Shown here: positions 43,013-54,505 of the stretch, piece by piece
Layout of the letters: every line of letters begins with the position of its first letter
How positions within the stretch are numbered: position 1 is the stretch's first letter
Source of the DNA: an uncultured Planctomycetaceae bacterium
GTDB lineage: Bacteria; Planctomycetota; Planctomycetia; Planctomycetales; Planctomycetaceae
DNA: 64,000 nucleotides
Assembly: GCA_963815195.1 (NCBI GenBank)
Contig: CAWFGE010000013.1
Location: 320,001 to 384,000, forward strand
Direction: 5' to 3'
The notes under the pieces: generated by a model
The model's input: only the letters and a program-made list of their open reading frames with translations
Database searches by the model: none
What the model was told of the DNA's origin: nothing
Position numbers and translations under genes: made by a program

Positions 43013-44041
43013 TCACGCGCCGGGGCGAATGTCGATCTCTGTCGTCAGGTCATCGATGTCGATGCACGTGATTTCCACGTCGAGAAACTTGCGGATGACC
43101 TCGGCATTGGTCGTGGTGTGCAGCGTGATCGGCGATCCGGTTCGATAGCGACCGCCCTGTCCCAAGGCCAACGGGATCAAGAGTTGATCCGCCAGATGCG
43201 GGCCGACCGGCGCAGTCGTTTTCAGATAGGCTTTGCACTCGCGGACCAAACCCGCGGCCACCTTCTCGGCCGGGACGCCTTTTTCTCCCAAGGCGGAAAA
43301 TAACTCCGTCACCGACCCGGCGTCGATCGCGACCATCACAATATTGCCCGGCCCCCGCGCGGTCGTGTCCGTTTCGATTTCCCGCTGCCAGTTCCCGAAA
43401 GGCAATCGCCGGGAGAGAACATCCAACTCCCGCTCGGCGATGTGTTCGGGCAATTGCGAGACAATCGCCTTCGCCGAGCACTTGGGTTTTTGATGGCGTT
43501 CGAGCAGCGTCAACGATCCTAATCGTTCCACGGGTTGAATCGTCGCTTCGACCAGGCCGCCGCCGACCGGATAGAAACCCCGGCGGAGCAATTTCAAGGA
43601 CACCTTTGGTCCCAGCTTTTCCAACAGCGGCAGAAAAGTCGATTGCAAAAAATCGAACGGCGGGGCCATCGTGTTGTGGGTGCCGCCTTCCAAGGTGAGA
43701 TGCGAAGGCTCGGCGGCGGTCATCAGCACCGGCAGGACTGTTTGCAGAACGAGCATCGTGCTGCCCGCGGTGCCGATGTCGAAGCGGTAATGCCCCGGCG
43801 AAACGGGACCGGGCTCGAACGTGACTTCCCGCGATTCCAGTTGATCGCCCGTGGCCTCTGCCCCGCTGATTTCCGCCGCCGCCCGCACACAGGTCAGGTG
43901 CTGCCGTTTGAGTCCGGGCTTTTTGCGGTTGGCCCGGAGATTGAACATCCGAAACGGCTTTCCGGTCGCCATCGAAAGCGCGAGCGACGTGCGGAGCATC
44001 TGCCCGCCGCCTTCGCCGTGGGAACCGTCGATTTCAATCAT
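43013..44041 (-). CDS. rtcA: RNA 3'-terminal phosphate cyclase
   Basis: GEGGGQMLR, PGLKRQH, RGFYPVGGG and HLADQL motifs. Confidence 0.95.
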   Translation of the reverse strand: MIEIDGSHGEGGGQMLRTSLALSMATGKPFRMFNLRANRKKPGLKRQHLTCVRAAAEISGAEATGDQLESREVTFEPGPVSPGHYRFDIGTAGSTMLVLQTVLPVLMTAAEPSHLTLEGGTHNTMAPPFDFLQSTFLPLLEKLGPKVSLKLLRRGFYPVGGGLVEATIQPVERLGSLTLLERHQKPKCSAKAIVSQLPEHIAERELDVLSRRLPFGNWQREIETDTTARGPGNIVMVAIDAGSVTELFSALGEKGVPAEKVAAGLVRECKAYLKTTAPVGPHLADQLLIPLALGQGGRYRTGSPITLHTTTNAEVIRKFLDVEITCIDIDDLTTEIDIRPGA

Positions 44042-44823
44042 GAAGGAACTTCCGGTTCGTTTTCGGAGGGATTCTGATAGAGGCTTTCTTCGAGGGCTTC
44101 CATGACTTCGCCGAGCGGGGCGTTGATCACCAGATCGGCGACGGCGTCGAGCGGGGTTTCGTCCCGGTTGATGATCACGAGCTTCGCCCCGTTCCTCGCG
44201 GCGATCTCGGGAAGCTGGGCCGCGGGATACACGACCAGCGAAGAGCCGAGCGTCAAAAACACGTCGGCTTCCATCGCCCACGTCGCCGCCGTTCGCAGGA
44301 CATCCGCCGGCAACGCCTGGCCGAAGGAGACGGTGGCGTGCTTCAACAGCCCCTGGCATTCCGGACATTCGGGAACGGTCTGGGTTTTCAAAAACTCCCG
44401 CACCAACGGGTCGGCCGGGGTGCGGTAGCTGCAATCGAGACAGGCGATTTCCATCGCGGTGCCGTGGAGTTCCAACACGGCCCGGCTGCCGGCCCGCTGG
44501 TGCAGGCCGTCGATGTTTTGCGTAATCACGCCGCGGAGCAAACCTAATTCTTCCCAGCGGGCCAAGGCGCGGTGCGTGATGTTGGGCTCGGCTGTAAACA
44601 TGGATTCGTGGGACTCGGACTTCTGCCGCCAGTATTCCTGCCGGGCGTCGGCAAACCGCACGAAATCGTCAAAATACACCGGCTGCGACTTGGCCCACAC
44701 GCCGCCGGGACTGCGAAAATCGGGAATCCCGCTCTCCGTGGAAATCCCCGCGCCCGTAAAAGCCACCGCGGAACGGGCCGTCATTAGCCAGGCAATCAAC
44801 TGCTCTTTCATCTTTTCTTGCAT
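44038..44823 (-). CDS. Sir2/CobB family NAD-dependent deacylase
   Basis: GAGISTESGIPDFR, TQNIDGLH, ELHG, two CxxC pairs and GSSLVVYPAA. Confidence 0.95.
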   Translation of the reverse strand: MQEKMKEQLIAWLMTARSAVAFTGAGISTESGIPDFRSPGGVWAKSQPVYFDDFVRFADARQEYWRQKSESHESMFTAEPNITHRALARWEELGLLRGVITQNIDGLHQRAGSRAVLELHGTAMEIACLDCSYRTPADPLVREFLKTQTVPECPECQGLLKHATVSFGQALPADVLRTAATWAMEADVFLTLGSSLVVYPAAQLPEIAARNGAKLVIINRDETPLDAVADLVINAPLGEVMEALEESLYQNPSENEPEVPS

Positions 44824-44862
44824 GGACCGTTCCTCTCGGATTGGCTCTCGCACGGGTGCCAC

Positions 44863-46044
44863 CTAATCCGCCCTCCGCCCAGTTGATAACTGCTCTTCCA
44901 AGGCGGGGCGGAGTTCGTGGAGCCGTTTCCACATTCGCGAGCCGTCCTCGGCCCGGCGTTTGACGACGGAATCCCAATAACCCAGCAGCCGAGCCCGGTC
45001 CTGAGCTTCATCCTTGAGCACCACGCCCAACAGCAGTCCCGGCACCAAGGACAACGGGTCGCCCGGCCCCGGAAAATACGCCGCCTGCCGGCCGATGGAC
45101 GTCGCGATGGCGACGGCCTCCGCGGTGCTCATCACGGTGCTGGGCTTTTCGACCGACCAGCCTTCCGAAGTCCGGCCTTCGCGGAGATCGCGAAACGCCG
45201 TCACCAGCACATCGAGAACGCCTTCGTCCACGCTGAACTCCACGCCCCCGCGGGCCAAAAGCGCGATGGCCTGACTTTTCACCAGATTGACTTCGCGGTC
45301 GTGGTCGGAGATGGGCGGGATGACCTCGAAGTTGAACCGCCGTTTGAGCGCGGCCGACATCTCGGACACGCCCCGGTCCCGCAGGTTCGCGGTGGCGATC
45401 AAGTTGAATCCTTGGGAAGCGAACACGCTGCCCGTTTCGCCGGAGAGTTCGGGGATCATCAGCCGGCGTTCCGACAATAGCGAAATGAGCGCATCCTGAA
45501 CTTCCGGGAGGCAACGGGTGACTTCTTCCACGCGGACGAGTTGGCCGTCCCGCATGCCGGTCATAATCGGCGAAGGCACCAAGGCCTGTTCGCTCGGGCC
45601 TTGGGCGAGCAGCAAGGCGTAATTCCACGAATAGCGGAAATGGTCTTCGGTGGCCCCGGCGGTGCCTTGGATGGTGAGGGAACTCGTGCCGCTGATCGCC
45701 GCCGCCAACAGTTCCGAGAGCATCGACTTCGCAGTGCCGGGTTCGCCGACCAAGAGCAACCCGCGTTCGCCCGCGAGCGTGACTACGCAGCGTTCGACGA
45801 CCGCGCGTTCGCCGATGAACTTTTCCGAAATCTCCAACGACTTGGGCACGCCCTTGGCGGCTTTGGCTCCCTTGGGAAGTTTCAATTTCTCCCCGCCCGA
45901 GCCGCAAATAAACTCCACAACCCGCGCGGGCGAAAGCTGCCAGCCCTCCGGCTTCGGGCCCTCATCGATCGCCGCCAGAAACGCCAGCTCCTCGGCAAAC
46001 CGCTCCTCCGCCGGCGGAGCTTGATGTTTTGAATGGTCGCTCAT
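44863..46044 (-). CDS. MoxR-family (YehL-like) AAA+ ATPase
   Basis: GEPGTAKS, WNYALLLA, EEVTRC and EMSAALKRRF motifs. Confidence 0.85.
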   Translation of the reverse strand: MSDHSKHQAPPAEERFAEELAFLAAIDEGPKPEGWQLSPARVVEFICGSGGEKLKLPKGAKAAKGVPKSLEISEKFIGERAVVERCVVTLAGERGLLLVGEPGTAKSMLSELLAAAISGTSSLTIQGTAGATEDHFRYSWNYALLLAQGPSEQALVPSPIMTGMRDGQLVRVEEVTRCLPEVQDALISLLSERRLMIPELSGETGSVFASQGFNLIATANLRDRGVSEMSAALKRRFNFEVIPPISDHDREVNLVKSQAIALLARGGVEFSVDEGVLDVLVTAFRDLREGRTSEGWSVEKPSTVMSTAEAVAIATSIGRQAAYFPGPGDPLSLVPGLLLGVVLKDEAQDRARLLGYWDSVVKRRAEDGSRMWKRLHELRPALEEQLSTGRRAD

Positions 46045-46135
46045 GGTCTCAGGTGGGGTTGGACGTGTTGGGGGACGCCGTCAGGTGAAAGAACGATCAT
46101 CCAAAGATTTCCCGCCGTTGGCAACTGATTTTCTC

Positions 46136-46873
46136 TCAGGTCGTCGCCGACCCCAACAGCACGTTCATCAGCAGGCCCAAGGCAATGCCGATCAACGCGA
46201 CGTAAACCAGTTTTTGAAACCGCCCCGGGGAAATGCGGCGGCTCAAGAAATGCCCGGTGCCAAATGCGAGCGCGGTCAGCGGCAGGCACATCATGTAATG
46301 CCAAAGCACGGCTTTCGTCCAAAACCCCGCGAGCGCATGCGAAGCCAGCACCATCGATCCCGCGAGCAAAAAGTATCCCTGCAGCGTCGCCCGGAATTGC
46401 TGGATCGACCATTGGCGAAGGAAACCGAAGATCACCAAAGGCGGCCCGTGGGTGTTGTAGGCTCCGCCCAGAACGCCCGCGACCCAGCCGAACAGCACCG
46501 CCCAGCGGTCGCTTTTCAAATGAAACCGGCGGGGATGAGCCAGGTTGAAGACCGCGAAACTCAAAATCACGCCGGCCAAGACGCCTTTGACAATTCGCTC
46601 GTCCAGGCTCGTCAAAAGCCAAATCCCGAGGGGAATGCCGAACACCGCGCCGATCACCAGCCGGGCGGTGGCGCCGAACTCCATGTGCCGCCAATCCGCC
46701 GCGACGATCGCCACGGTCACGGTCATCGACACCATCGCCACCAAAGGCGTGGCAAAGGACAAAGGCACCAGAAACGCCAACAAAGGCATCGCCAAGAGCG
46801 CATTGCCGAACCCAAACGTGCATTGCACCAAGGTGGCCAGAAACATCACGCTCAAAATCCAAGGAGTCGGCAT
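46136..46873 (-). CDS. TSUP/TauE-SafE family transporter
   Basis: FGFGNALLAMP and GGAYNTHGPP motifs; about 8 TM segments. Confidence 0.85.
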   Translation of the reverse strand: MPTPWILSVMFLATLVQCTFGFGNALLAMPLLAFLVPLSFATPLVAMVSMTVTVAIVAADWRHMEFGATARLVIGAVFGIPLGIWLLTSLDERIVKGVLAGVILSFAVFNLAHPRRFHLKSDRWAVLFGWVAGVLGGAYNTHGPPLVIFGFLRQWSIQQFRATLQGYFLLAGSMVLASHALAGFWTKAVLWHYMMCLPLTALAFGTGHFLSRRISPGRFQKLVYVALIGIALGLLMNVLLGSATT

Positions 46874-47090
46874 CGCCCAAAGGTATTGGGCCGCCCTTCC
46901 GCTTTCAAGCGAGCGTCTCCGTCTCCCATTCGCCGCATCTCCCGGCAGGCTGACCGCTTGCATCTCGGCGAAAGAGTTTCTACTATTTGGACAGCGAAAA
47001 ATGTGAAAATCTGCGGATTCATCCAAACCCAAAACACCCAAAGGATCGCCAAGAAAATAATTTAAACTTTTGAGAGACTCAACATGACCA

Positions 47091-47114
47091 GGGGGCTTAC
47101 GCCCCCCGCTCGCC
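47091..47114. repeat. Family B REP
   Basis: GGGGGCTTACGCCCCCCGCTCGCC, identical to the argJ copy including upstream CATGACCA. Confidence 0.88.
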
Positions 47115-47214
47115 TTTTGTCACTATGTTGAAGTTATTTTCTTGACATTCCAAAGCCGATTTCGCCGTCCCGCCGACTTGATCCAAAAACCCCCGAGAGT
47201 GCAACAACCGTGTG

Positions 47215-47745
47215 ATGGCTGACGACCTCATCTTTATGATGGGAAAGTACGAAGCCCGGATCCCGACCGACCGCTGGTACGCTCCCAACCATTTGTGGCT
47301 CCAATCCTGCCAGGGCGATGGCCAATCGCCTTACCGGGTGGGGTTCACCGCGTACTCGGTGCGGATGCTCCAGGACGTGTATTTCCTGGAGTGGACCATC
47401 GACCCGGAGACCCAAGTCAAAGAACGGCAAGAGATTGGGGAAATCGAAAGCTCGAAGGCCCTTTCCAGTCTGTATTCGCCTTATGCCGGGAAGTTGTTGA
47501 GTTTTAACGAGGCGCTCTTGGACGATCCCTCCGCGATCAATGCCGACAACTACGGCGGCGGCTGGCTGTTCGAACTGGACACCGCCGCCAAACTGTTGTC
47601 CCCGGAAGAGTACGTCGAGCGATTGGAAGCAGGTTGGGAAAAAGATCAGCGGCTGATCAAGGGGCAGATTCAGTACGCGCAATCGTCATTTTTGATTATT
47701 GAGAATAGAGCACCGACATGGCCGGCAAAAAAATCACCGTGGTGA
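47215..47745 (+). CDS. GcvH-like lipoyl-domain carrier protein (true stop possibly near 47675)
   Basis: [12 protein letters not shown] (lipoyl-Lys context), LYSP and [11 protein letters not shown]. The tail after LIKGQIQ overlaps the next gene and may be readthrough caused by an indel. Confidence 0.85.
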   Translation: MADDLIFMMGKYEARIPTDRWYAPNHLWLQSCQGDGQSPYRVGFTAYSVRMLQDVYFLEWTIDPETQVKERQEIGEIESSKALSSLYSPYAGKLLSFNEALLDDPSAINADNYGGGWLFELDTAAKLLSPEEYVERLEAGWEKDQRLIKGQIQYAQSSFLIIENRAPTWPAKKSPW

Positions 47746-48794
47746 TTTCCCAGCACCAGGGAAAAAACCCCGTCAAACGCAACCTCGAAGAAGAAATCGC
47801 GGCGGACCTCATCATGGCGTCCGATGTGGATGTGTCCATCGTGCCGCACATTTACGACATGAGCGCGGACCACACCGGGATGCTGTTTCTCCGCTCGGTG
47901 CCGGGAAACGTGGTGATTCTGTCCTGGCTCTATCCGCGGGCGGCCCGGTGGATTCTCGACCGCCAGGGCGTGCGCGGGCACGAAGGGATCACGCTCCTCA
48001 AGTCGGAAGAGGAAGAAGACATCGACGAGGAAAACGTCCCGGAGCCTCAGGGCATCGGCTCGGTGAACATCCCCAATCGCAAAATTTACGTGCTGGATTT
48101 GCGGAGCAGCACCGACCCCAAAACGTATCTGAATGAAATCCGCCGCATCGCCCAGGAATCCAGCGTCCAAACCGTGCAACTTTTGGACTGGATCGAAGGC
48201 AGTCCGAAAAAAGAGCAACTCGACCGCTACCTCGCCCCCCAATCGGCCCCGAATGACAACGGCAACGGAAACGGCCAAGCCGCCGCCAACGGCAACGGGC
48301 ATTCCCATAAACAAACCGGCAACGGGCACGTGATCGAGGAAGCGACCAAACGCCGCTGGTATCCGGTGATCGATTACACCCGCTGCACGAATTGCATGGA
48401 GTGCATCGACTTTTGTTTGTTCGGCGTGTACGGCGTGGATCAGCTCGACCGCATCCTCGTCGAGGAGCAGGACAACTGCAAAAAAGGCTGCCCCGCGTGC
48501 AGCCGGGTTTGCCCGGAAAACGCAATCATCTTCCCCGGCCATAAAGATTCCGCGATCGCCGGGGCCAACGGCGAAGTGGGCAATTTGAAGATCGACCTCT
48601 CCAAGCTCTTCGGAGCGACGGACAAATCGCCCTTGGAAATGGCCGTCGCCGAGCGGGATGCCGAGCTCGTCGCCGACGGCCGGGACGCGGTGGGCATGTC
48701 CGTGGGCGTCCCCAACCACAACACCAACCTCGACCAGGCCGAGGAAGACGAGCTGGACGATCTGATGGACGGCTTGGATGACCTCGACCTGTAG
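47718..48794 (+). CDS. 2x[4Fe-4S] ferredoxin-domain protein with uncharacterised N-terminal domain and acidic tail
   Basis: [11 protein letters not shown] and [13 protein letters not shown] motifs. Confidence 0.88.
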   Translation: MAGKKITVVISQHQGKNPVKRNLEEEIAADLIMASDVDVSIVPHIYDMSADHTGMLFLRSVPGNVVILSWLYPRAARWILDRQGVRGHEGITLLKSEEEEDIDEENVPEPQGIGSVNIPNRKIYVLDLRSSTDPKTYLNEIRRIAQESSVQTVQLLDWIEGSPKKEQLDRYLAPQSAPNDNGNGNGQAAANGNGHSHKQTGNGHVIEEATKRRWYPVIDYTRCTNCMECIDFCLFGVYGVDQLDRILVEEQDNCKKGCPACSRVCPENAIIFPGHKDSAIAGANGEVGNLKIDLSKLFGATDKSPLEMAVAERDAELVADGRDAVGMSVGVPNHNTNLDQAEEDELDDLMDGLDDLDL

Positions 48795-48831
48795 AAGTCC
48801 CAAGGACCAAGCACCAATGACCAATAGAAAA

Positions 48832-48858
48832 GGCGAGCGGGGGGCGTAAGCCCCCTGG
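48832..48858. repeat. Family B REP
   Basis: GGCGAGCGGGGGGCGTAAGCCCCCTGG. Confidence 0.85.
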
Positions 48859-48904
48859 TCCTTCAAATAGAGCATAGGCGCAAAAACTCAGACGGGTTGC
48901 AAAA

Positions 48905-50909
48905 TTGTTCAATTCCAGGCTCACGCAATGCTATGACGCGGCGCGGTCGGCACTGCTGGCCGAGCGCACGACGGACGGGCATTGGGTGGGGGAACTTTCC
49001 ACGTCCGCCCTCTCCACCGCGACGGCGGTGATGGCCCTGGAAATGGTCCAGCGCGACGGCGGCGGCGAGTTTTCGGAATGGATCGCAGGCGGTCTTAAGT
49101 GGCTTGCGAAGCACCAAAACCCCGACGGCGGTTGGGGCGATACCACCAAAAGCCTGAGCAATATCTCCACCACGATGCTCGCCCGCGCGGTGTTTCATGC
49201 GACAGGAACCGAGGCCCAATATCACCTCGTCGTTCGCAAAGCGATGGTTTGGATCAATCGAGAAGGCGGCGTGCCCGCGATCGTTGCCCGCTACGGCAAG
49301 GACAAAACGTTTTCGATCCCGATCCTCACCCACTGCGCCCTCGCGGGGTTGGTCAATTGGAAAGAAGTCCAGGCGTTGCCTTTCGAGTCTGGCTTGCGTG
49401 CCGGCCCGGTTTTATAAGACCGTCAAGCTGCCCGTGGTGAGTTATGCCCTCCCCGCTTTGATCGCGATCGGCCAGGTTCGGCATCATCACAAGAAAACCT
49501 GGAACCCAATCACACGCTTCCTGCGCTGGTGGGCCAAGAACCCGAGTCTCCGGGTTTTGGAAAGAATCCAACCCGATAACGGCGGATTTCTGGAAGCCGC
49601 GCCGCTGACGAGCTTTGTCACGATGAGTCTCGCCGGGATGGGATTATCAAAGCATCCCGTGGCGAAAAAGGGCGTGGAGTTTTTGCTCCAGTCCGTCCGC
49701 GAAGACGGCAGTTGGCCGATCGACACCAACCTCGCGACTTGGACGACGACGCTCGTGGTCAATGCCCTGGGTGATGATTTGCCTGAAGAAGATCGGCCCG
49801 CGATTCGAGATTGGCTCATCAATCAGCAATATAAAACGCTGCACCCCTACACCAACGCCGACCCCGGCGGCTGGGCGTGGACCAACCTCCCCGGCGGCGT
49901 GCCCGATGCCGATGACACGCCGGGGGCGATCTTGGCACTCGTGCAGTTGAGGACGAACGAAAGGGAACACAATTCCCCAAGCCGACGACTTGTCGTCGGT
50001 CCCCCTCACCCGAGCCCTCTCCCCCAAGGGGAGGAGGGACAAAGCCCTCGGGATTCCGAAGTTTCAGAAGCGATTGGCAATGGCATCGATTGGCTGGTGG
50101 GCCTGCAAAACCGCGATGGCGGGTTTCCCACGTTTTGCCGGGGTTGGGGGACGCTGCCCTTCGACCGCAGTGCCCCGGACCTCACCGCCCATTGCTTGAG
50201 AGCAATGATTGTCTTTCGTAATCGGCAGCGATGGCTCGATCTCCACACGCCCATTGAACGGCGTGATGATCTCGATGATTTCGTCAACGACGTCTGTGAG
50301 TATCAGCAAGCGATTGCCTACGGCGGAATCGTCCATCCGCTCGATTCCGCTTCAGTCGATGCGACGACGAAGGCATTTAAGTTCTTGGCGAGTTCCCAGC
50401 AGCCCAACGGTTCCTGGCTGCCTTTGTGGTTTGGCAATCAACATGCGCCCGACGACATCAACCCCACCTACGGCACTGCTCGCGTATTGGCGGCGTATCG
50501 GGACGCGCGAGATCAAACGAACCCAATCGCCCTTCGCGGGGTTGAATGGTTAAAGAACAACCAGAACGCCGATGGCGGTTGGGGCGGCGTTTTGGGGACG
50601 CCTTCGAGCGTGGAAGAGACGGCCCTCGCGACGGAGATTCTCTTGTCCTGGGAACCGCACGGGGAACACGCCCGGCGGGGATTGGAATGGCTGATGGACC
50701 GCGTCGAGGACGGCCGCTACCGCGAGACGACGCCCATCGGTTTCTATTTCGCCAAATTATGGTATTTTGAGAGCCTGTATCCGCTCATTTTTACCGTCGC
50801 CACTTTAAGACGTGCCGTACAGACGTTCCGAAAGCCCCCGGCAAAAGCCGCCAGACACCAACCGCAGCGAAAAACCCCCGCCGCTGTTTCCCCGACGCCC
50901 GATGAATGA
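48905..50909 (+). CDS. Squalene-hopene-cyclase-like class II terpene cyclase; frameshift near 49389
   Basis: DGHWVGELS, several QW repeats ([30 protein letters not shown]) and catalytic PDADDT. Confidence 0.88.
49976..50038. repeat. Family A REP plus CCCTCTCCCC..GGGGAGGAGGG palindrome inside the cyclase CDS
   Basis: Exact CCCAAGCCGACGACTTGTCGTCGG then CCCCTCACCCGAGCCCTCTCCCCCAAGGGGAGGAGGG. Confidence 0.88.
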
Positions 50910-50973
50910 ACTTTGAGACCCACGGCAAGCGGCCGCCGGCGGCTTGACCGTTCGACCTTTTGAGGAGAAGCCT

Positions 50974-52860
50974 GTGTCCATTGCTCCGACTTCGCAACAC
51001 GATTCGCTCGACATCACGACTTCTTCGGTTTCCCCCTCCGCCGCGTCCAAAGCAGCCGCGCCCCCGGCCGATGATCCCGCGCCCGTCAAGCGCAAACGCC
51101 GCCGGGCCAGCACGAGCCATCTCAAAGACGTGCCGGGCACCTTAGCCCTCCGCGAAGAGATCAAAGCCGCCGCCGAAAAGTTCGCAGAGCCGTTGGACAA
51201 ATCCCGCCCGTTCAACAAAGGCGAACTCGAAGCCCACGGCCGGGAACTTTTGGAGCAAATTGGGCTGCCCGAAAAATACCTGGGCTTCGCGATGGTGCTC
51301 GTCGGGAATTTCTTCTGGAAGCGGCAGTTCCTCGCCACGCCGTTTGAACGGCGGATGCTGTTGTTGCCGCATTGCCTCAAACACGCCGAGGGCTGCCCGG
51401 CCGATTACGACGAGTTCGGCCTGGACTGCGAACGCTGCGGGGCCTGCTCGATTGCCGATTATAAAGTCAAAGCGGAGCAACTTGGCTATAAAGTCTTGGT
51501 CGCGGAAGGCTCGCCGATTGTTTTGAAGATCATCGTCTCCGGCTACATCGACGGCATCTTGGGCGTGGCGTGTTTGAACGTCTTGGAGAAGGCGATCGAT
51601 AAAGTTTTGATCGCCGGCGTGCCGAGCTATGCGATCCCGCTGCACTCCGGGGACTGCAAAAATACGACGCTGGACGAAGCCTGGGTCTGGGACGTGCTCG
51701 AACAATACGAACCGCTTCCGGAACCGCAAACTTCCAGTTATGTCCCCTTGATGCGGGCCGCGAACCGCTTGTTCGACGACCGCTTCGAAACGCTGCTGCC
51801 CCGCATCCGCACCAAAACCCCCGCAGCCGCGAACAGTCCTTTGGGGAAAACCGAACAGATTTCCTACGATTGGCTGGCGAACGGCGGCAAGCGGTTTCGG
51901 CCATTTATGACGCTCGCCGCTTATGACGCCCTCACCGGAGCCAAGGGCCTGACCGCGGGTCCCGGCGGCGAGGAATCGCTCGAATATTCCGCCGGCGTCG
52001 GCCGGGTGGCGATGGCGATCGAAGCCTTCCACAAAGCCTCGCTGGTGCATGACGACATCGAAGATGACGACCAGTACCGCTACGGCCAGGAAACGCTGCA
52101 CCGCAAATACGACCTGGGCACGGCGATCAACGTGGGCGACTATCTGATCGGCCTCGGTTATCGGCTGGTAAGTTCCGCCCGGACGGACATCGGAGCCGAG
52201 GCCGCCGCCGACATTCTCGACCGCATGGCCGCGGCCCACGTCAAACTCTGCGACGGCCAGGGCGCGGAGATGGCTTGGCAGTCCGCCCCGAACGCCGAAC
52301 TCACGCCGCTGGATGCCCTGCAAATCTACGCTCTCAAAACCTCGCCCGCTTTCGAAGCGGCGCTTGTATGCGGGTCTGCGGATGGCCGGACCCGTGGCGG
52401 AATACGAAGAGTTCCTGCCGCAGTTCGCCCGGCAGGTCGGCGTGGGCTTTCAGATCCTAAACGACCTCAAAGACTGGCGGGGCGACGACAACAACAAACT
52501 CGTCGCCGGCCAGGATGCGCTCTCGCTTCGCCCCACCGTGCTGTTGGCATCGCGTATCAATCCGCGAATGAAGAAGACCGCCGGAGTTTGCATCGCCTGT
52601 TGGAAAGCAAAAACCCGCAGGCCCAGCGGATCGAGCAGCTTCGAAAACTCTTCGAGAAGCACAAGGTCTTCGACAAGGCGGAAGTCCTCATCGAAAAATC
52701 CCGCACCCGCGCGGAAGCCTTGGTGGAAGACATCGAGTCCGAGGAACTCCGGCAACTGTTCCACTTCCTGATCGACACCGTCCTCGCCCCCGAAGACATC
52801 CCGCAGCCCGATGTGCCGCCGGACCCCGTGATGGTGCCATTGCAGATCAGCGGAACCTAA
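50974..52860 (+). CDS. DUF116-like Cys-rich domain fused to trans-polyprenyl diphosphate synthase; compensating frameshifts near 52366 and 52549
   Basis: [20 protein letters not shown], then [16 protein letters not shown] and, in the shifted frame, [18 protein letters not shown] before GTG. Confidence 0.85.
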   Translation: MSIAPTSQHDSLDITTSSVSPSAASKAAAPPADDPAPVKRKRRRASTSHLKDVPGTLALREEIKAAAEKFAEPLDKSRPFNKGELEAHGRELLEQIGLPEKYLGFAMVLVGNFFWKRQFLATPFERRMLLLPHCLKHAEGCPADYDEFGLDCERCGACSIADYKVKAEQLGYKVLVAEGSPIVLKIIVSGYIDGILGVACLNVLEKAIDKVLIAGVPSYAIPLHSGDCKNTTLDEAWVWDVLEQYEPLPEPQTSSYVPLMRAANRLFDDRFETLLPRIRTKTPAAANSPLGKTEQISYDWLANGGKRFRPFMTLAAYDALTGAKGLTAGPGGEESLEYSAGVGRVAMAIEAFHKASLVHDDIEDDDQYRYGQETLHRKYDLGTAINVGDYLIGLGYRLVSSARTDIGAEAAADILDRMAAAHVKLCDGQGAEMAWQSAPNAELTPLDALQIYALKTSPAFEAALVCGSADGRTRGGIRRVPAAVRPAGRRGLSDPKRPQRLAGRRQQQTRRRPGCALASPHRAVGIAYQSANEEDRRSLHRLLESKNPQAQRIEQLRKLFEKHKVFDKAEVLIEKSRTRAEALVEDIESEELRQLFHFLIDTVLAPEDIPQPDVPPDPVMVPLQISGT

Positions 52861-52961
52861 TCGGCTTGCTTGTGTCCTCTGCTGTATGATCCGGGATTGA
52901 GGATGGGATTCCATTATTGGGATTCCTGACCAACCATTGCTTTCTAAAGGGGCAATTCGGC

Positions 52962-54502
52962 ATGACGGACCCCAATCATTCCATTCTGTGCCCAGTCCAA
53001 CAGCAAGCGTTTGACCTACTTATTCAGTCCGCCGAGATTGGCAACATCCTGCATTGCTGGTCAAAAACCGGACGCGGCCAAAGCACGGTTCTGACACATT
53101 TGCACCGCCGTTTCGGGGGTGTGTTTCTGGGGATCAAGGATTTCGTGGAGGGCACGAACGGCAGCCACCCCTTGGCGTTGGAAGATGCTCTGTACCAGAT
53201 TGTGCTGGATGCCCTTCAGAAAAACGACTGCGTGATCGTCGATGACATTCACGTAGCCACCGCCGCGATGAGCGAGTGCCATTTTTATCCTCGCGCGGGA
53301 TACCTGGATTCGCCCATGACCGTACTCGCCGCCTATGCGGTGGAATCGGGCAAGACTATGATCCTCGGCAGTAACGGGAAGTTGCCAGCTCCGCTCCGCG
53401 AGCGCAGTTTCGGGATTGGGATTCGGAGCTTCGCTCCAGAAGATTACTCCCACCTCTGCCGGCAATTTCTAGAAGTTGATGATCTCCATCTTGAGATTTC
53501 CAAAGTTCATCGGTTTGCGCCGAAACTCAATGCCCATCAATTGAAATTGGCCTGTGCGTGGTGCCGGCAAAATAAGACGCTGAATACGGAGGGAATTCAT
53601 TAAGTATCTCCGCTCGCAGCAACTTACCAGCAACGTGGCGCTGGGCGAAGTGGCGGAGGTTGATCTGACGGAACTCAAGGGTGTGGACGATGTGCTAAAA
53701 AGCCTGGATGCCAACATTGTCCTTCCGCTTGAGAACGATGAATTGGCCAACGAATTAAACCTCAAGCCCAAACGCGGCGTATTACTGGTCGGTCCTCCAG
53801 GAACCGGAAAAACGACCGTGGGCCGCGCTTGGCCCATCGCCTGCGTGGAAAATTCTTTCTGGTGGATGGCACCTTCATCTCTGGAACCAACGACTTTTAC
53901 AATTTGGTGCACCAGGTTTTTCAGGCGGCGAAGGACAACGCGCCTCGGTGATTTTTATCGACGACAGCGACGTAATTTTCGAGAGCGGCCAGGAACACGG
54001 CCTGTACCGTTATTTGCTGACCATGCTGGATGGCTTGGAAAGTGAAAGCGCCGGCGGCGTGTGCGTGATGATGACTGCGATGGACGTGGGCAATCTCCCT
54101 CCCGCCTTGGTTCGTTCTGGGCGGATTGAACTGTGGTTGGAAATGCGGTTGCCTAATCGGCTGGCCCGTTTGGCGATTCTCGAACAGCACCTTGCCGCTG
54201 CACCGAAACCGCTCAACGAGGCCGACGCGAAACAGATTGTCCAGGCAACCGATGGGTTTACCGGTGCCGATCTGAAACGCACCCTGGAAGATGGGAAAGC
54301 GCTTTACGCCTATGACCGAGTTGCCGGCGACGGAATCCAACCCGTAACGGAATACTATCTCGCCTCCCGCGCAAACTGTTCGTGCCAACAAGGAAAAATA
54401 TGCCCAGGCCGAGGCACAAGCCAACGCCAGCCGACCTTCGCCCCGGTGTGGTTCAATCCTTATTCCGACTATGATTTTCATGATGACGAGGTCGAGGATT
54501 GA
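52962..54502 (+). CDS. Tandem AAA+ ATPase (degenerate first domain, canonical second), broken by at least four indels; possible pseudogene
   Basis: GPPGTGKT, IFIDDSD, LPPALVRSGRIE and GFTGADL in successive frames; shifts near 53597, 53830, 53945 and 54370. Confidence 0.7.
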
Positions 54503-54505
54503 CCC

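Noticed and set aside
44038..47745. Sirtuin plus GcvH-like as a SirTM/macrodomain lipoyl ADP-ribosylation operon
   Set aside because: The genes are divergent and separated by two others. The sirtuin has the classical catalytic His (ELHG), and no macrodomain or lipoate ligase is present.
47215..47745. Glycine cleavage system operon
   Set aside because: No gcvT, gcvP or lpd neighbours, so the symbol gcvH was not assigned.
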